DNA of 64,000 nucleotides from Malacoraja senta (Eukaryota): assembly GCA_038087875.1 (NCBI GenBank), contig JAXLNO010000674.1, positions 124,001 to 188,000 on the forward strand, written 5' to 3'. How positions within the stretch are numbered: position 1 is the stretch's first letter; the number at the start of each line of letters is the position of its first letter. The notes under the pieces were generated by a model. That model was not told where the DNA came from. It ran no database searches and saw only the letters and a list, made by a program, of their open reading frames with translations. The position numbers and the translations under genes were made by a program. Below are positions 1 to 13,330 of this stretch, piece by piece.

Positions 1-319
1 CCTGCATTCTTTATATGGTACATTAATATGGAGTTTATTGCATTGAAACAGGCCCACAAGCCTGCCCTGTTCAATACAATCCCTCAGTCATTCCTGATCT
101 GGTTTGATTAGGATGCAAATAAAAGCTTTTCACTATATTACAATACAAGTGACAATAATAAACCAATACCAATGCTATTGTGTAAGTTCTCCCCATATCT
201 GATAGATAGATCCTTGATAAATTTGTAGACACCATCGCCGTCTATATCCACCACCATTTGCTGCACAGTTTCAATGTCCAAACTAGCTTCCAATATAACT
301 TTTTTACCGAATTCCATTT

Positions 320-555
320 TGAGTTGAAAGATACAACATGGAAACAGGCCCTTCAGCCCACCATGCTGACCACCGGTCACCCCTTCACACTAGTTCAATG
401 TTATCCCACTTTTTGTCAAATCCCCACACACGCTAGGGGAAATTTACAGATGTCAATTAACTGACAAACCCACACACCTGTGGAATGTGGGAGAAAACCA
501 GAGCACCCGGGAAGAACCCAGGTGGTCACAGGAAGAAGGAACAAAATCTATACAG
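320..555 (-). mobile_element. V-SINE (HE1-like) fragment
   Basis: Reverse complement of the V-domain (gtgctctggttttctcccaca) and the CR1-derived tail (gggcctgtttccatgttgtatct). Confidence 0.75.
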
Positions 556-658
556 TAGCTAGACAAAAATGCTGCAGAAACTCAGGGGGAGAGTTTTGGG
601 TCAAGACCCTTCTTGGAGGGTCTCGACCAGAAACGTCACCTATTCCTTTGCTCCATAG

Positions 659-1912
659 ATAGAAACATAGAAATAGAAACATAGAAATTAGGTGCAGGAG
701 TAGGCCATTCGGCCCTTCGAGCCTGCACCGCCATTCAATATGATCATGGCTGATCATCCAACTCAGTATACCGTACCTGCCTTCTCTCCATACCCTCTGA
801 TCCCTTTAGCCACAAGGGCCACATCTAACTCCCTCTTAAATATAGCCAATGAACTGGCCTCAACTACCCTCTGTGGCAGAGAGTTCCAGAGATTCACCAC
901 TCTCTGTGTGAAAAAAGTTCTTCTCATCTCGGTTTTAAAGGATTTCCCCCTTATCCTTAAGCTGTGACCCCTTGTCCTGGTCTTCCCCAACATCGGGAGC
1001 AATCTTCCTGCATCTAACCTGTCCAACCCCTTAAGAATTTTGTAAGTTTCTATAAGATCCCCTCTCAATCTCCTAAATTCTAGAGAGTATAAACCAAGTC
1101 TATCCAGTCTTTCTTCATAAGACAGTCCTGACATCCCAGGAATCAGTCTGGTGAACCTTCTCTGCACTCCCTCTATGGCAATAATGTCCTTCCTCAGATT
1201 TGGAGACCAAAACTGTACGCAATACTCCAGGTGTGGTCTCACCAAGACCCTGTACTACTGCAGTAGAACCTCCCTGCTCCTATACTCAAATCCTTTTGCT
1301 ATGAAAGCTAACATACCATTCGCTTTCTTCACTGCCTGCTGCACCTGCATGCCTACTTTCAATGACTGGTGTACCATGACACCCAGGTCTCGCTGCATCT
1401 CCCCTTTTCCTAGTCGGCCACCATTTAGATAATAGTCTGCTTTCCTGTTTTTGCCACCAAAATGGATAACCTCACATTTATCCACATTATACTGCATCTG
1501 CCAAACATTTGCCCACTCACCCAGCCTATCCAAGTCACCTTGCAGTCTCCTAGCATCCTCCTCACAGCTAACACTGCCCCCCAGCTTAGTGTCATCCGCA
1601 AACTTGGAGATATTGCCTTCAATTCCGTCATCCAGTTCATTAATATATATTGTAAATAGCTGGGGTCCCAGCACTGAGCCTTGCGGTACCCCACTAGTCA
1701 CTGCCTGCCATTGTGAAAAGGACCCGTTTACTCCTACTCTTTGCTTCCTGTTTGCCAGCCAGTTCTCTATCCACATCAATACTGAACCCCCAATGCCATG
1801 TGCTTTAAGTTTGTATACTAATCTCTTATGTGGGACCTTGTCGAAAGCCTTCTGGAAGTCCAGATACACATCCACTGGTTCTCCCCTATCCACGCTACTA
1901 GTTGTCCACGCT
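659..1912 (-). mobile_element. CR1 LINE (family A), 5'-truncated, inserted into a Penelope-type repeat
   Basis: ORFs 1255..1893 ([24 protein letters not shown]) and 763..1245 encode RT and its C-terminus, with a (ctatgttt)n tail at about 660-690. The flanks rejoin as ctccatagat|gctgcc. Confidence 0.95.
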
Positions 1913-2584
1913 ACTATCCATGCTGCCTCACCCGCTGAGTTTCTCCAGCATTTTTGTCTACCTTCGATTTTTCCAGCATCTGCGGTTCTTTCTTAAAGCA
2001 AATCTACCCAGACAATACCAGAGGTCAGGATCTAATGCTGGTCTCTGGTGCTGTGAGGCAGCAGCTCTGCCTGCTGTGTACAGTGTTTGGTTTCCTCCTT
2101 TTTGTTCTGCATTGTAATGATTCAAGTCAGGATAGGCATTGGATGTATGGGTCTCCTGAATCATAACATAAGGAGCAGTTAGCAGCATAAGAATGGAGTG
2201 TTATCTGAAACGTAATTACAGTTCCAGGCAACTACGCCCTGCCTTTCCATTCCATTTGCTATAGAGTGCGATAAAACCAAAGTGCTGGAGTAACTCAGCA
2301 GGTCGGGCAACGTCTCTGGAGGACATTGACAGGCGCTGTTTCAGATTGGGACCCTACTTCAGACTGACAATAGTGACCTATCCTTTTTCTCCAAAGATGC
2401 TGCTCGACCCGTTGAGTTACTCCAGCGCTTTGTATCTATCGTCATCTATCTATGCCCTCCGGAGTTGCGACCTGACCTGTTGAGTTACACCAGCACTTTG
2501 TGTCTTTTGTTGTTGTAAATCGGCATCAGCACCTCCTCGTGTCTCCATTACAGTCAATTGTTTCCTGCTGGTTCAATGACATCG

Positions 2585-2627
2585 CTCGACAACTGGTGAC
2601 GACCCGCCGTATTTTTATACTGATTGC
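2585..2627 (+). promoter_or_regulatory. MHC-type X1/X2/Y-like promoter module
   Basis: CTCGACAACTGGTGACGAC-N16-CTGATTGC lies about 55-95 bp upstream of the ATG. It resembles the HLA-DRA X1/X2 (CCTAGCAACAGATGCGTCA)-N15-Y (CTGATTGG) arrangement. The Y core has one mismatch and no S box was found. Confidence 0.45.
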
Positions 2628-2680
2628 ATGATGAGATCCTGCTTTGATGTTGGTGAAGTTTGGCTCAGTTGCTGCTGTTG

Positions 2681-2753
2681 ATGCGAGAGGTTGTGCGCGG
2701 AATGATTCTGTTCATCTTGTTGAGTTTCTTCCGCGTACAAGGGGCTCAAGCAG
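2681..2753 (+). CDS. Exon 1, signal peptide MREVVRGMILFILLSFFRVQGAQA(G)
   Basis: First in-frame ATG after a TGA at 2654, with a second ATG at 2702. It encodes a hydrophobic core and an A-X-A cleavage site, and ends at the strong donor CAG|GTAAGT in phase 1. Not in the ORF track. Confidence 0.75.
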
Positions 2754-3049
2754 GTAAGTTAATGATTATCATTTTATTCGCTACTGGCTAAAAGCGTCTT
2801 GGCTTTATCTCAATCTTGACTGGAGGCGACTGAGTTTAAACAAGCGCGCAATACACATTCAGTCTGATTCATGGTTCATGCGGACGTTAAAAGGGTTTAA
2901 TCTCCACTGTTTCAGTACAATCCAGACTGGAATTTCTGCATTGATTTGCACAATGCCCCGTTTCCTTTGTGGAAGAAGGAACTACAGATATTGCTTTAAA
3001 CTGATTTTAACTCGTGTAAAACAAACAGGAGCGAGGCACTCACTAGGGT

Positions 3050-3950
3050 TTCCTCGCTGCTCCTCTCTTGCTCTCACTTCCCCCCACATTCGTAACAAGG
3101 ACAGAGGGGGACTTGTCCTCACCTTCCACCCCATCAGCCGTCGCACAGCATATGATCCTCCATCATTTTTGCCAACTCCAACAGGATCCCAATACTGGCC
3201 ACATCTTCCCATCTCCACCTCTTTCTGCTTTCCGTGGAGACCGTTCCCTCCGAAATTCCCTGGTCAACTCGTCCTTTTCCACCCAAACCACCCCCTCCCC
3301 AGGTACTTTCCCCTGCAACTGCAGGAGATGCAACACGTGTCCCTTTTCCTCCCCTCTCGACTCCATCCAAGGACCCAAACAGTCTTTCCAGGTGAGGCAG
3401 AGGTTCACTTGCACCTCCTCCAACCTCATCTACTGTATCCGCAGTTGCAGGTGGCAACTTCTCTACATCAGCGAGGCCAAGCACAGGCTCGGCAATCATT
3501 TCACTGAACTACTTCGCTCTGTCCATCTTAACCTACCTGATCTCCTGGTTGCTCAGCACTTCAACTTCCCCTCCCATTTCCAATCTGACCTTTCTGTCCT
3601 GGGCCTCCTCCATGGTCAGAGTGAGGCCCAGTGCAAATTGGAGGAACAGCACCTCATATTTTGATTGGGTAGTTTACACCCCAGCTGTATGAACATTGAC
3701 TTCTCTAACTTTAAATAGCCCTTGCGTTCCCTCTCTATCCCCTCCACTTCCCAGTTCTCCCACTATTCTTAGTGTCTTCAACTACATTCTATCTTTGTCC
3801 CGTCAACTCCCCTGAAATCAGTCTGAAGAAGGGTCTCGACCCGATAGGTCGCCCATTCCTTTTCTCCAGAGATGCTGCCTGCCTGCTGAGTTACTCCCGC
3901 ATTGTGTGTCTACCTTTGAGTTAAACCAGCATCTGCAGTTCTTTCTTACA
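3050..3950 (+). mobile_element. Penelope-like element, GIY-YIG endonuclease end plus pseudo-LTR
   Basis: ORF 3068..3664 contains CNCRRCNTC and SSNLIYCI...LYISE...RLGNHFTEL...VAQHFN...EEQHLIF, followed by the ctgaagaagggtctcgaccc repeat. Confidence 0.88.
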
Positions 3951-4113
3951 CAAAGGGCATTGTTTGACAGGTTCATGTTTATGGCCAAATGTGGGAAGAG
4001 AGTGAGGCACTAGTACAATGCGAAATCAATAAACGATTAGCACACAATGTGGTTTTGTTATTGATTGAGTGACAACTCTTAGCTCCAAACGTGCGGTCGT
4101 CACGTTTACATGG

Positions 4114-5050
4114 TTTATTAATGATTTGGATAAGGGGATTGAATGTTTTGTGTCCAAGTTTGCAGATGATGCTAAAATAGGTGGAGGGGCAGGCAGTGTA
4201 GAGGAAGCAAGGACTTTGCAGAAGGACTTGTTCGGGTTAGGATGGTGGGCAGAGAAGTGGCAGATGAAATTCAGTGTAGAAAAGTGTGGGAGACATGCAT
4301 TTGGTAATCAGAATAAAGGCGTAGAATATTTTACAAATGGAGGGATAATCCAGAAATCGGAGGCACACAGTGACATGGGAGTGTTGGTGCAGGACTCCCA
4401 AAAAGGTTAATTTGAAAATTGAATCGGTAGTCAGGAAGGTGATTTATATCAAGAGGACTGGAATACAAAAACAGAAATGTCATTCTGAGGCTTCAAAAGC
4501 GCTGGTCAGGCCACGTTTGGAGTACAGTGTGCAAATTTGGGCCCCCTATCTGAGGAAGGATGTGCTGGCTCTGGTTCAGAGGTTGTTTACAAGAATAATT
4601 CCATGAATGAGTGGGTTAGCATATGATGATAGTTTGACAGCACTGGGCCTCTACTCGCTGGAGGTAAGAAGGTTGAAGGGGGAACCTCAATGAAACTTAC
4701 AGAATAATGAAAGGCATAGATTAAGTGGATGTGGAAAGGATGTTTCTACTGGTGGGTGAGTCTAGGACCAGAGGTCATAGCCTCAGAATTAAAGGGTGCT
4801 CTTTTAGAAAGGAGGTCAGGAGGAATTTCTTTAGTCAGAGGGTAGTTAATCTGTGGAACTCATTGCCACAGAGGGCTGTGGAGGCCAAGTTGGTGGATAT
4901 TTTTAAGGCAGAGATCGACAAATTCTTGATTAGAACGGGTTATCATGGGGAGAAGGCAGGAAAATGGGATTAGGAGGCACAGATCAGCCATAATGGAATG
5001 GTGGAGTAGACTCGATGGGCCGAATGGCCTAATTCTACTCCTGTAATGTG
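4114..5050 (+). mobile_element. Degenerate CR1 LINE 3' part
   Basis: Fragmented ORFs FINDLD..SKFADD, LVRPRLEYSVQIW and TRGHSL..FFSQRVVNLWNSLP, followed by a CR1 3' UTR. Confidence 0.9.
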
Positions 5051-6589
5051 AACGTGTACAGGTTAGGAGAGTGGGCAGAGAAGTGGCAGATGAAATCCAG
5101 TATAGCAAAGTGTGGAGACATGCATTTTGGTAATAAGAATAAAGGCGTAGATTATTTTACAAATGGAGAGAGAATCCAGAAATCAGAGGCACACAGTGAC
5201 ATGGGAGTGCTGGTGCAGGACTCTCAAAAGGTTAATTTGCAAATTGAATCGGTAGTCAGGAAGGTGATTTATATCAAGAGGACTGGAATACAAAAACAGA
5301 AAATGCCGCCCGATTTGTAAGAGTGTCAAAGGTCACAGGGAGATGACAGGAGAACGGCACTGAGAGGGAACGATAGGTCAGCCATGATTAAATTGTGGAG
5401 TAAACTCAATGGGCTGAACAACCTAATTCTGCACCTTTGACTTATGAAATGATCTTTTTATTTCTCCCCAGACTGGTGTGTCTGGAACCAAAATTCACAG
5501 TTTAAAAATAAGGGTTCAGACATTCTTATGGCACCAAAACATGGTGACACCTGTGTGATGACTAGGTTAGGTCTGCTATATGATTTTACCGTTGTATGCG
5601 AAACGAAGCATTTCACTGTACCTAGGTGCATGACAATAAAATATCATTGAATTCAGTGCAGTAATGAGATGAAATCTTTTCACCCAGAGGGTAATTAGTC
5701 TTTCAAATTCTCTGTCCAAGAAGGCTGTGGGCTTTAAGTCAATCAGATGCTTGAGGCAGGGATAGGAATATGCTTGGATACAAAAGGAATCCAGAATTCG
5801 GAAAAATGGTGGTCTGCTAGAGGATCGGTTATGATCTTATAAAATATAGAGATTGGGAACAAAGGATGAATGGCAACATTTTGCTTATGTCAGGTTTGAT
5901 CCCACTCCACAAGAGAGTCCAGAAGGAAAGATAGTATAGAATGTTCAATGTGCTGACTACAAAACAATGACATTCATGTAGCAGACCTGTAAGACAATAC
6001 AAATAGATAACATACTAAAAATTCAGTTAATTGATAATCCCAATACATGTGCAAATACACCGCAAATGCTTAGTTTAACCAAAGACAGTCCATAGGTCTA
6101 CAGGGTCCGACTCGACACATTACCTATCCATTCTCACCAGCGATGCTGCCTGATCTGCTGAGTTACTCCAACACTTTGTCTTTATTTTGTTCATTAATCA
6201 TACCTGAGTTTAGTGTAGTTCAGAGTTCAATATACGGGAAGATTTTAATGATCACATTCCAGCACGCATCTCCAGAGCCAAACAAAACAATGACATTCTC
6301 CTTTGATGGTAATAATCTAATTTGGTGAAAGGGGAAACAGGCTTAGATATAAAGAATAACATTTATAGCAGTTCCAATGTAGGAAAATGCTTCCATGAGA
6401 TTCGTAAGAATATTATTCTGTAACATTTTACTTCAAGCAGTATAATGGCATGACATGACAATTAGCAAAATAAAAATTTAAGGTGCATCTTAAAGGAAGA
6501 ATAAGAGGAAGGGATATTTAGAGAGCAATTCTATGACTTAGGCCTGCTCTTCAGATGAAATACTTAAATTTGTGAATAATCAGGAAGTT

Positions 6590-6800
6590 ATACTGCCCGG
6601 TTCATCGTGGGTTCTGACCTCACCACCATCGAAGGGATCCACACGAGACGCTGCCTCAAAAAGGAAGGCAACATCATCTCCCTGGCCACGCTTTCATTAC
6701 CTCCCACCATGGGGTGGAAAGTATAGGTGTTTGAAAACCATGACCTCCAGGTTCAAGAATAGCTTCTTCCCAACAACTATCATTCACGTGAACAATACAC
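6590..6800 (+). mobile_element. Rex1/Babar LINE 3' fragment
   Basis: Reads RCLKK...KYRCLKTMTSRFKNSFFPTTI, matching the C-terminus of the copy at 21.2-22.2 kb. Confidence 0.7.
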
Positions 6801-9589
6801 AACGCTAACCTCAACTGTGAAATTGTATGGACTGTATGCATGCCGAGGAGGAGCTGCATAGGAAGGAGCTGCAGATGCTGGTTTAAACCGAAGATAGACA
6901 CAAAAAGCTGGAGTAACTCAGCGGGTCCGACAGCGACTCTGGAGAAAAGGAATAGGTAGCGTTTCAGGTCGAGACCATTCTTCAGACTGATAGTCAGGGG
7001 AAAGCGAAACGAGAGATACAGGGGGTGATATAGAGAGATATAAGAACAAATTATTGAAAGATTTGCTTTGAATGAAAGAGCTGTTGGTCTTACATATTTA
7101 AATACTACAATGATCAGAGTTTAAAATCTGAATATTATTCAATCAGAAATATGATGGGTGAATGGGATGGAGCAAGTTAGCACAATGATGACAAAGTCTG
7201 AAGAAGGGCCTCAATCTGAAACATCACCCATTCCTTCTCCCTAGAAATGCTGGCTGACCCACTGAGTTACTCCAGCATTTTGTGTATATGGCTAAGTGCT
7301 GGAGTAACTCAGCTGGTCAGGCAGCATCTCCGGAGAACGTGGCTAGATGACATTTAGGGTAAACACCCTTCCCCAGAGTGAAGAAGGGGTCTTGACCCAA
7401 AACATCTATCCATCATCACATATCCATGATCTCCAGGGATGCTGCCGGACCCACTAAGGTGCTCCAGCACTTTGTGTCTCTTTGTGAACCAACATTTGTA
7501 GTTCCTTGTTTCTACAGTATAAATTGACTATCATTTGTAGGTAAGTGATAGAATCTGGAGAGAGATGATGGGAATTTGCAGAGAATAAGAATGGGTTGGT
7601 CAAGAGCAAGGGTTTAATTGTCATCTGTACTGGCAATGGAATAATGAAATTCTTATACACATATTAAATATACAACAATCAATGGTAAAATAAATTAATA
7701 TTAGTTATACTAGGTAACCAGACCATAACAGTGGAAAAACAAAACGTCCTTACTGCAACCAAAATAAAGTCTATCGCAGATCAGAGTTGTTGAGGTAAGG
7801 TTGTGGTTCGTGTTGTGCAGTGTTTAAAAGCCTGCTGCTCATGAGAAAAAAAGCTGCTCTTAAATCTGGAGCTAACAGTTCTCAGGCTCTCTAACCTCAG
7901 AGGCAGTAGATGGGTTCAACGGTATTTTATTTGTGGCATGTACTGAGGTACAGTGAAATTCATTTTTTGTATACAGTTTAGTACAGGTATCACTATATAT
8001 AAGCCCTTAGATACGTCTTAGATAAGCATCTCAGATACAGTACAAGTGTATAGCAGTAGTACGCTGAGACAGTATACAGTGTCGCCAGTTTTTGGTGCCA
8101 TTTTCACGTCCCAGTTGTTGTAAGTGAGGGTTCTTGGCCTGACCATGTGGCCCATTGTCCTGGTGTGTTGCAGGGTTGATCTGTCCAATCGAAGCTGTGG
8201 TGTCCTCTACTGCTGCAGGGCGCAACTGGTCCATGTGCCTGGCCTCATGGAGCAGCGCCTGGAACAGCCAAGCCCCAGGTTGCTGTAGGGCCTCCAGCAC
8301 CCACTCCACTGTTGAGGCAGTCCATTCCCTCCCGCAGCCTGTCTGCCTATAAGCCATCCATCTGACTCCTTCCACTCTGGCCGGGCGAGCTGAGTCTTCC
8401 AGGTGGGTCCTCCATCCTTGGTCCACAGCGAGCAAGAACTCGGTCCGTGATGGATGGGCCAGATCTTCCAGGTGAATTCCTGGTCCCAGGGTGGCTGGCC
8501 CTGAGAGTATGGCCAGGGTGGTGTGGGTCTCTGATGATATTAGCTGTCTTTCTGAGGCAGCACCTCCTGTAGATCCATGGTGGGGTGGAATGGTATGGAA
8601 TTAGTGCTTCATGGTCAGTGGACTGTCGGCTGATGGTTCTGTTTGTGTGTCTCTGTGACTATATGTGTGGAGAATGCTTCGAAAGAGTAGGTGAAGAGGC
8701 ATTCTAAATGATGGGATGCACATATCATTGTAAACGGGACCCTCAAAGTATTGATCTGTAAAATGCTGAATCTGCATTTTATTGCAGGGGACTAAAGTTT
8801 AATGGTAGCCAATCCACATAAACACTTGTTCTTGTCTATGGAGAGTTTTGCAGACTGCTCCAATTACAATAAATTAATATATAAAGGGAGTGGGATACAA
8901 GAAGGTACATTCCTTTTATCCATAGATGCTGCCTGTTCCACTGCGTTACTCCAGCATTTTGTCTCTATCTTTGGTGTAAGCCAGCATCTGCAGTGCCTTC
9001 CTACACAGACACAAGAAGGATCCCAACAATGGGTTCTGTTTGTATGGAGTTGATACGTTCTCCCTGTGACCGCTCGGGTTTCCTCTGGGTGCTCAGAGGG
9101 CGGTGGAGGCCGGTTATCTGGATACTTTCAAGAGAGAGCGAGATGGGCCTCTTAAAGATAGCGGAATCAGGGGATATGACAAGAAGGCAGGAACGGGGTA
9201 CTGATTGGGGATGATCAGCCATGATCACATTGAATGGCGGTGCTGGCTCAAAGGGCCAAATGGCCTACTCCTGCACCTATTGTCTATTCTCTATTGTCTA
9301 TTGTTTCGTCCCACGTTCCAAAGACGTGTGGGTTTGTAGCTTTATTGGCCGCTGTAAATTGCCCTGAGTGTGTTGGATGTGAAACAGGGAAAACATAGAA
9401 CTAGTGTATGGGTGATTGATGGTCAGTGCAGACTCAGTGGGCAGAAAGGCCTGTTTCCATGCTGAATCTGCTAAAAAAGATTGGTGAGCATGATACCCGA
9501 ATTCAAACGTCACAGAGAAACCAACACATTTTAGTTTGTACAGACAAGAACACCCAAGAATGTTTGTATTCAAAGAGACCAACAAAGTA

Positions 9590-12405
9590 ATAAAGGTTTG
9601 CAGGTACAAAGTCCAACAGTGATCAGTGAAATATGGTTGCAGGAGGGCTGTGATTGGAAACTAAATATTCCAGGATTTCGTTGCTTCAGGTGTGATAGAA
9701 TTGGAGGGGCAAGAGGTGGAGGTGTTGCATTGCTGATCAGGGAAGATATTACAGCAGTGCTTTGGCAGGATAGATTAGAGGGCTCGTCTAGGGAGGCTAT
9801 TTGGGTGGAACTGAGAAATGGGAAAGGGGTAGCAACACTCATAGGGGTGTAGTATAGACCACCAAATGGGGAGCGAGAATTGGAAGAGCAAATATGTAAG
9901 GAGATTGCAGATATTAGTAGTAAGCACAAGGTAGTGATTGTGGGAGATTTCAATTTTCCACACATAGACTGGGAAACACATTCTGTAAATGGGCTGGATG
10001 GGTTGGAGTTTGTAAAATGTGTGCAGGATAGTTTTTTGCAGCAATACATAGAAGTACCTACTAGAGAAGGTGCGGTGCTGGACCTCCTGTTAGGAAATGA
10101 GACGGGTCAGGTGGCAGAGGTATGCGTTGGGGAACAGTTCGGGACCAGTGAACACAATACCATTAGTTTCAATATAATTATGGAGAGGGTCAGAACTGGA
10201 CCTAGGGTTGAGATTTTTGATTGGAGAAAGGCTAACTTTGAGGAGATGCGAAAGGATTTAAAAGGAGTAAATTGGGACAGTTTGTTTTATGGGAAAGATG
10301 TGGAAGAGAAATGGAGGACATATAAAGGTGAGATTTTAAGAGTACAGAATCTTTATGTCCCTGTTCGGTTGAAAGGAAATAGTAAAAATTGGAAAGAGCC
10401 ATGGTTTTCAAGGGAAATTGGACACAGTTCGGAAAAAGAGAGAGATCTACAATAATTATAGGCAGCATGGAGTAAATGAGGTGCTTGAGGAGTATAACAA
10501 ATGTAAAAAGAGTCTTAAGAAAGAAATTAGAAAAGCTAAAAGAAGATATGAGGTTGCTTTGGCAAGTAAGGTGTAAGTAAATCCAAAGGGTTTCTACAGC
10601 TATATTAATAGCAAAAGGACAACGAGGGATAGAATTGGTCCATTAGAGAGTCAGAGTGGACAGCTATCTGCAGAGCCAAAAGAGATGGGGGAGATATTGA
10701 ACAATTTCTTTTCTTCGGTATTCACCAAGGAGAAGGATATTGAATTATGTGAGGTAAGGGAAACAAGTAGAGTAGCTATGGAACCTATGAGATTCAAAGA
10801 AGAGGAAGTACTGACTTTTGAGAAATATAAAAGTGGATAAGTCTCCAGGTCCGGACAGGATATTCCCATGGACATTGAAGGAAGTTAGTGTAGAAATAGC
10901 AGGGGCTATGACAGAAATATTTCAAATGTCATTAGAAACGGCAATAGTGCCGGAGGATTGGCGTACTGCGCATGTTGTTCCATTGTTTAAAAAGGGGTCT
11001 AAGAGTAAACCTAGCAATTATAGACCTGTTAGTTTGACGTCAGTGGTGGGAAAATTAATGGAAAGGACACTTAGAGATAATATATATAAGCATCTGGATA
11101 AACAGCGTCTGATTAGGAACAGTCAACATGGATTTGTGCCTGGAAGGTCATGTTTGACTAATCTTCTTGAATTTTTTGGAGAGGTTACTCGGGAAATTGA
11201 TGAGGGTAAAGCCGTGGATGTTGTATATATGGACTTCAGTAAGGCCTTTGACAAGGTTCCTCACGGAAGGTTGGTTAAGAAGGTTCAATGGTTGGGTATT
11301 AATGGTGGAGTAGCAAGATGGATTCAACAGTGGCTGAATGGGAGATGCCAGAGAGTAATGGTGGATGGTTGTTTGTCAGGTTGGAGGCCAGTGACTAGTG
11401 GGGTGCCACAGGGATCTGTGTTGGGCCCCTGTTGTTTGTCATGTACATCAATGATCTGGATGATGGTGTGGTAAATTGGATTAGTAAGTATGCAGATGAT
11501 ACTAAGATAGGTGGGGCTGTGGATAATGAAGTAGATTTTCAAAGTCTACAGAGAGATTTAGGTCGGTTGGAAGAGTGGGCTGAAAGATGGAGTTTAATGC
11601 TGATAAGTGCGAGGTGCTACATCTCGACAGGACAAATCAAAATAGGACGTACATGGTAAATGGTAGGGAATTGAAGAATGCAGGTGAGCAGAGGATCTTG
11701 GAATAACTGTGCACAGTTCCCTGAAAGTGGATTCTCATGTAGATAGGGTGGTAAAGAAAGCTTTTGGTGTGCTGGCTTTTATAAATCAGAGCATTGAGTA
11801 TAGAAGTTGGGATGTAATGTTAAAATTGTACAAGGCATTGGTGAGGCCAATTCTGGAGTATTGTGTACAATTTTGGTCGCCTAATTATAGGAAGGATGTC
11901 AACAAAATAGAGAGAGTACAGAGGAGATTTACTAGAATGGTGCCTGGGTTTCAGCAACTAAGTTACAGAGAAAGGTTGAACAAGTTAGGGCTTTATTCTT
12001 TGGAGCGCAGAAGGTTAAGGGGGGACTTGATAGAGGTCTTTAAAATGATGAGAGGATAGACAGAGTTGACGTGGATAAGCTTTTCCCACTGAGAGTAGGG
12101 AAGATTCAAACAAGAGGACATGACTTGAGAATTAAGGGACAGAAGTTTAGGGGTAACATGAGGGGGAACTTCTTTACTCAGAGAGTGGTGGCTGTGTTGA
12201 ATGAGCTTCCAGTGAAGGTGGTGGAGGCAGGTTCGTTTATATAATTTAAAAATGAATTGGATAGTTATATGGACGGGAAAGGAATGGAGGGTTATGGTCT
12301 GAGCGCAGGTATATGGGACTAGGGGAGAATACGTGTTCGGCACGGACTAGAAGGGTCGAGATGGCCTGTTTCCGTGCTGTAATTGTTATATGGTTATATG
12401 GTTAT
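9590..12405 (+). mobile_element. CR1 LINE (family B), about 2.8 kb of ORF2 (APE endonuclease plus RT), frameshifted
   Basis: Motifs include [56 protein letters not shown] and YADD. A (gttatatg)n tail lies at about 12385-12405. Confidence 0.95.
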
Positions 12406-13018
12406 AATCTTATACTTAGAACATTGTAGAAGTAGGGCATTCAGCACAGGGAGGCTGTCCCATTGGGGGGGACGAGAACAAATGAGGTACTGTGGGGATG
12501 GGGGCGCCACCCAGAATGAAGGGGGAACTGGTGGGGATGGGGTCTGCTGCCATGTGCGGCAACAGGCAGTGTATAGGACTGTTCGGTAATTTGTCTGCGC
12601 CAACACATGACGACATTTTTGTACTGCCTAGGTTCAGTTTAGTTTATTGTCACATGTACCGAGGTACAGTGAAAAGCTTTTGTTGCTTACTAACCAGTCA
12701 GTAGAAGACAATACATGATTACAATCAATGCATTTGCAATGTAGAGACACATGATAAAGGAATAATGTTTAGTGTAAGGTGAAGCCAGCAAAGTCCGGTC
12801 AAGGATAGACCGAGGTTGTGGAAAACAAAGCATTTCACTATACCCAGATACCTTGGGTACATGTGACAATAGAGTATCATTCAATCATTCTTTCATTCAT
12901 CAGTCCTATTACTCCCAATTTATTTTCCATATAACACAGGCACCCATGGCCGCCAATGCTCCTTTGATTTTCTTTGCCATTTACGTGTGTTGTTCTGGCT
13001 AATGTGTTTTGTGAAGTA

Positions 13019-13330
13019 CAGCACAGTGGTGCAATGGTAGAGAGTTGCTGCCTCATAGCGCCAGAGACCCAGGTTCAATCCTGACTTCAGGTCTGTCTAT
13101 GTGGAGTTTGCACATTTTCACTGTGACCGAGTGGGTTTCCTCCAGGTGTTCCGGTTTCCTCCCACAACCCAAAGGCATGCAGGTTTGTAGGTTAATTGGC
13201 CTATGTAAATTTCCCCTAGTGTATAAAGAGTGGACGAGAAAGTGGAATAACTAGAGTGAATGGGAGATCAATGGTCAGCATGGACTCAGTGGGCCGAAGG
13301 GCCTGTTTCTGCTATAACTCTAAACTAACC
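13019..13330 (+). mobile_element. V-SINE (HE1-like), near full length
   Basis: tRNA-like head with A box (tggtgcaatgg) and B box (ggttcaatcc), the V-domain, and a CR1-type tail ending ctaaactaa. Confidence 0.88.

Noticed and set aside
13019-13090. tRNA genes at A-box/B-box motifs (also at about 18955, 26836 and 63008)
   Set aside because: They are V-SINE heads that continue into the V-domain and CR1 tail, and I see no intact cloverleaf.
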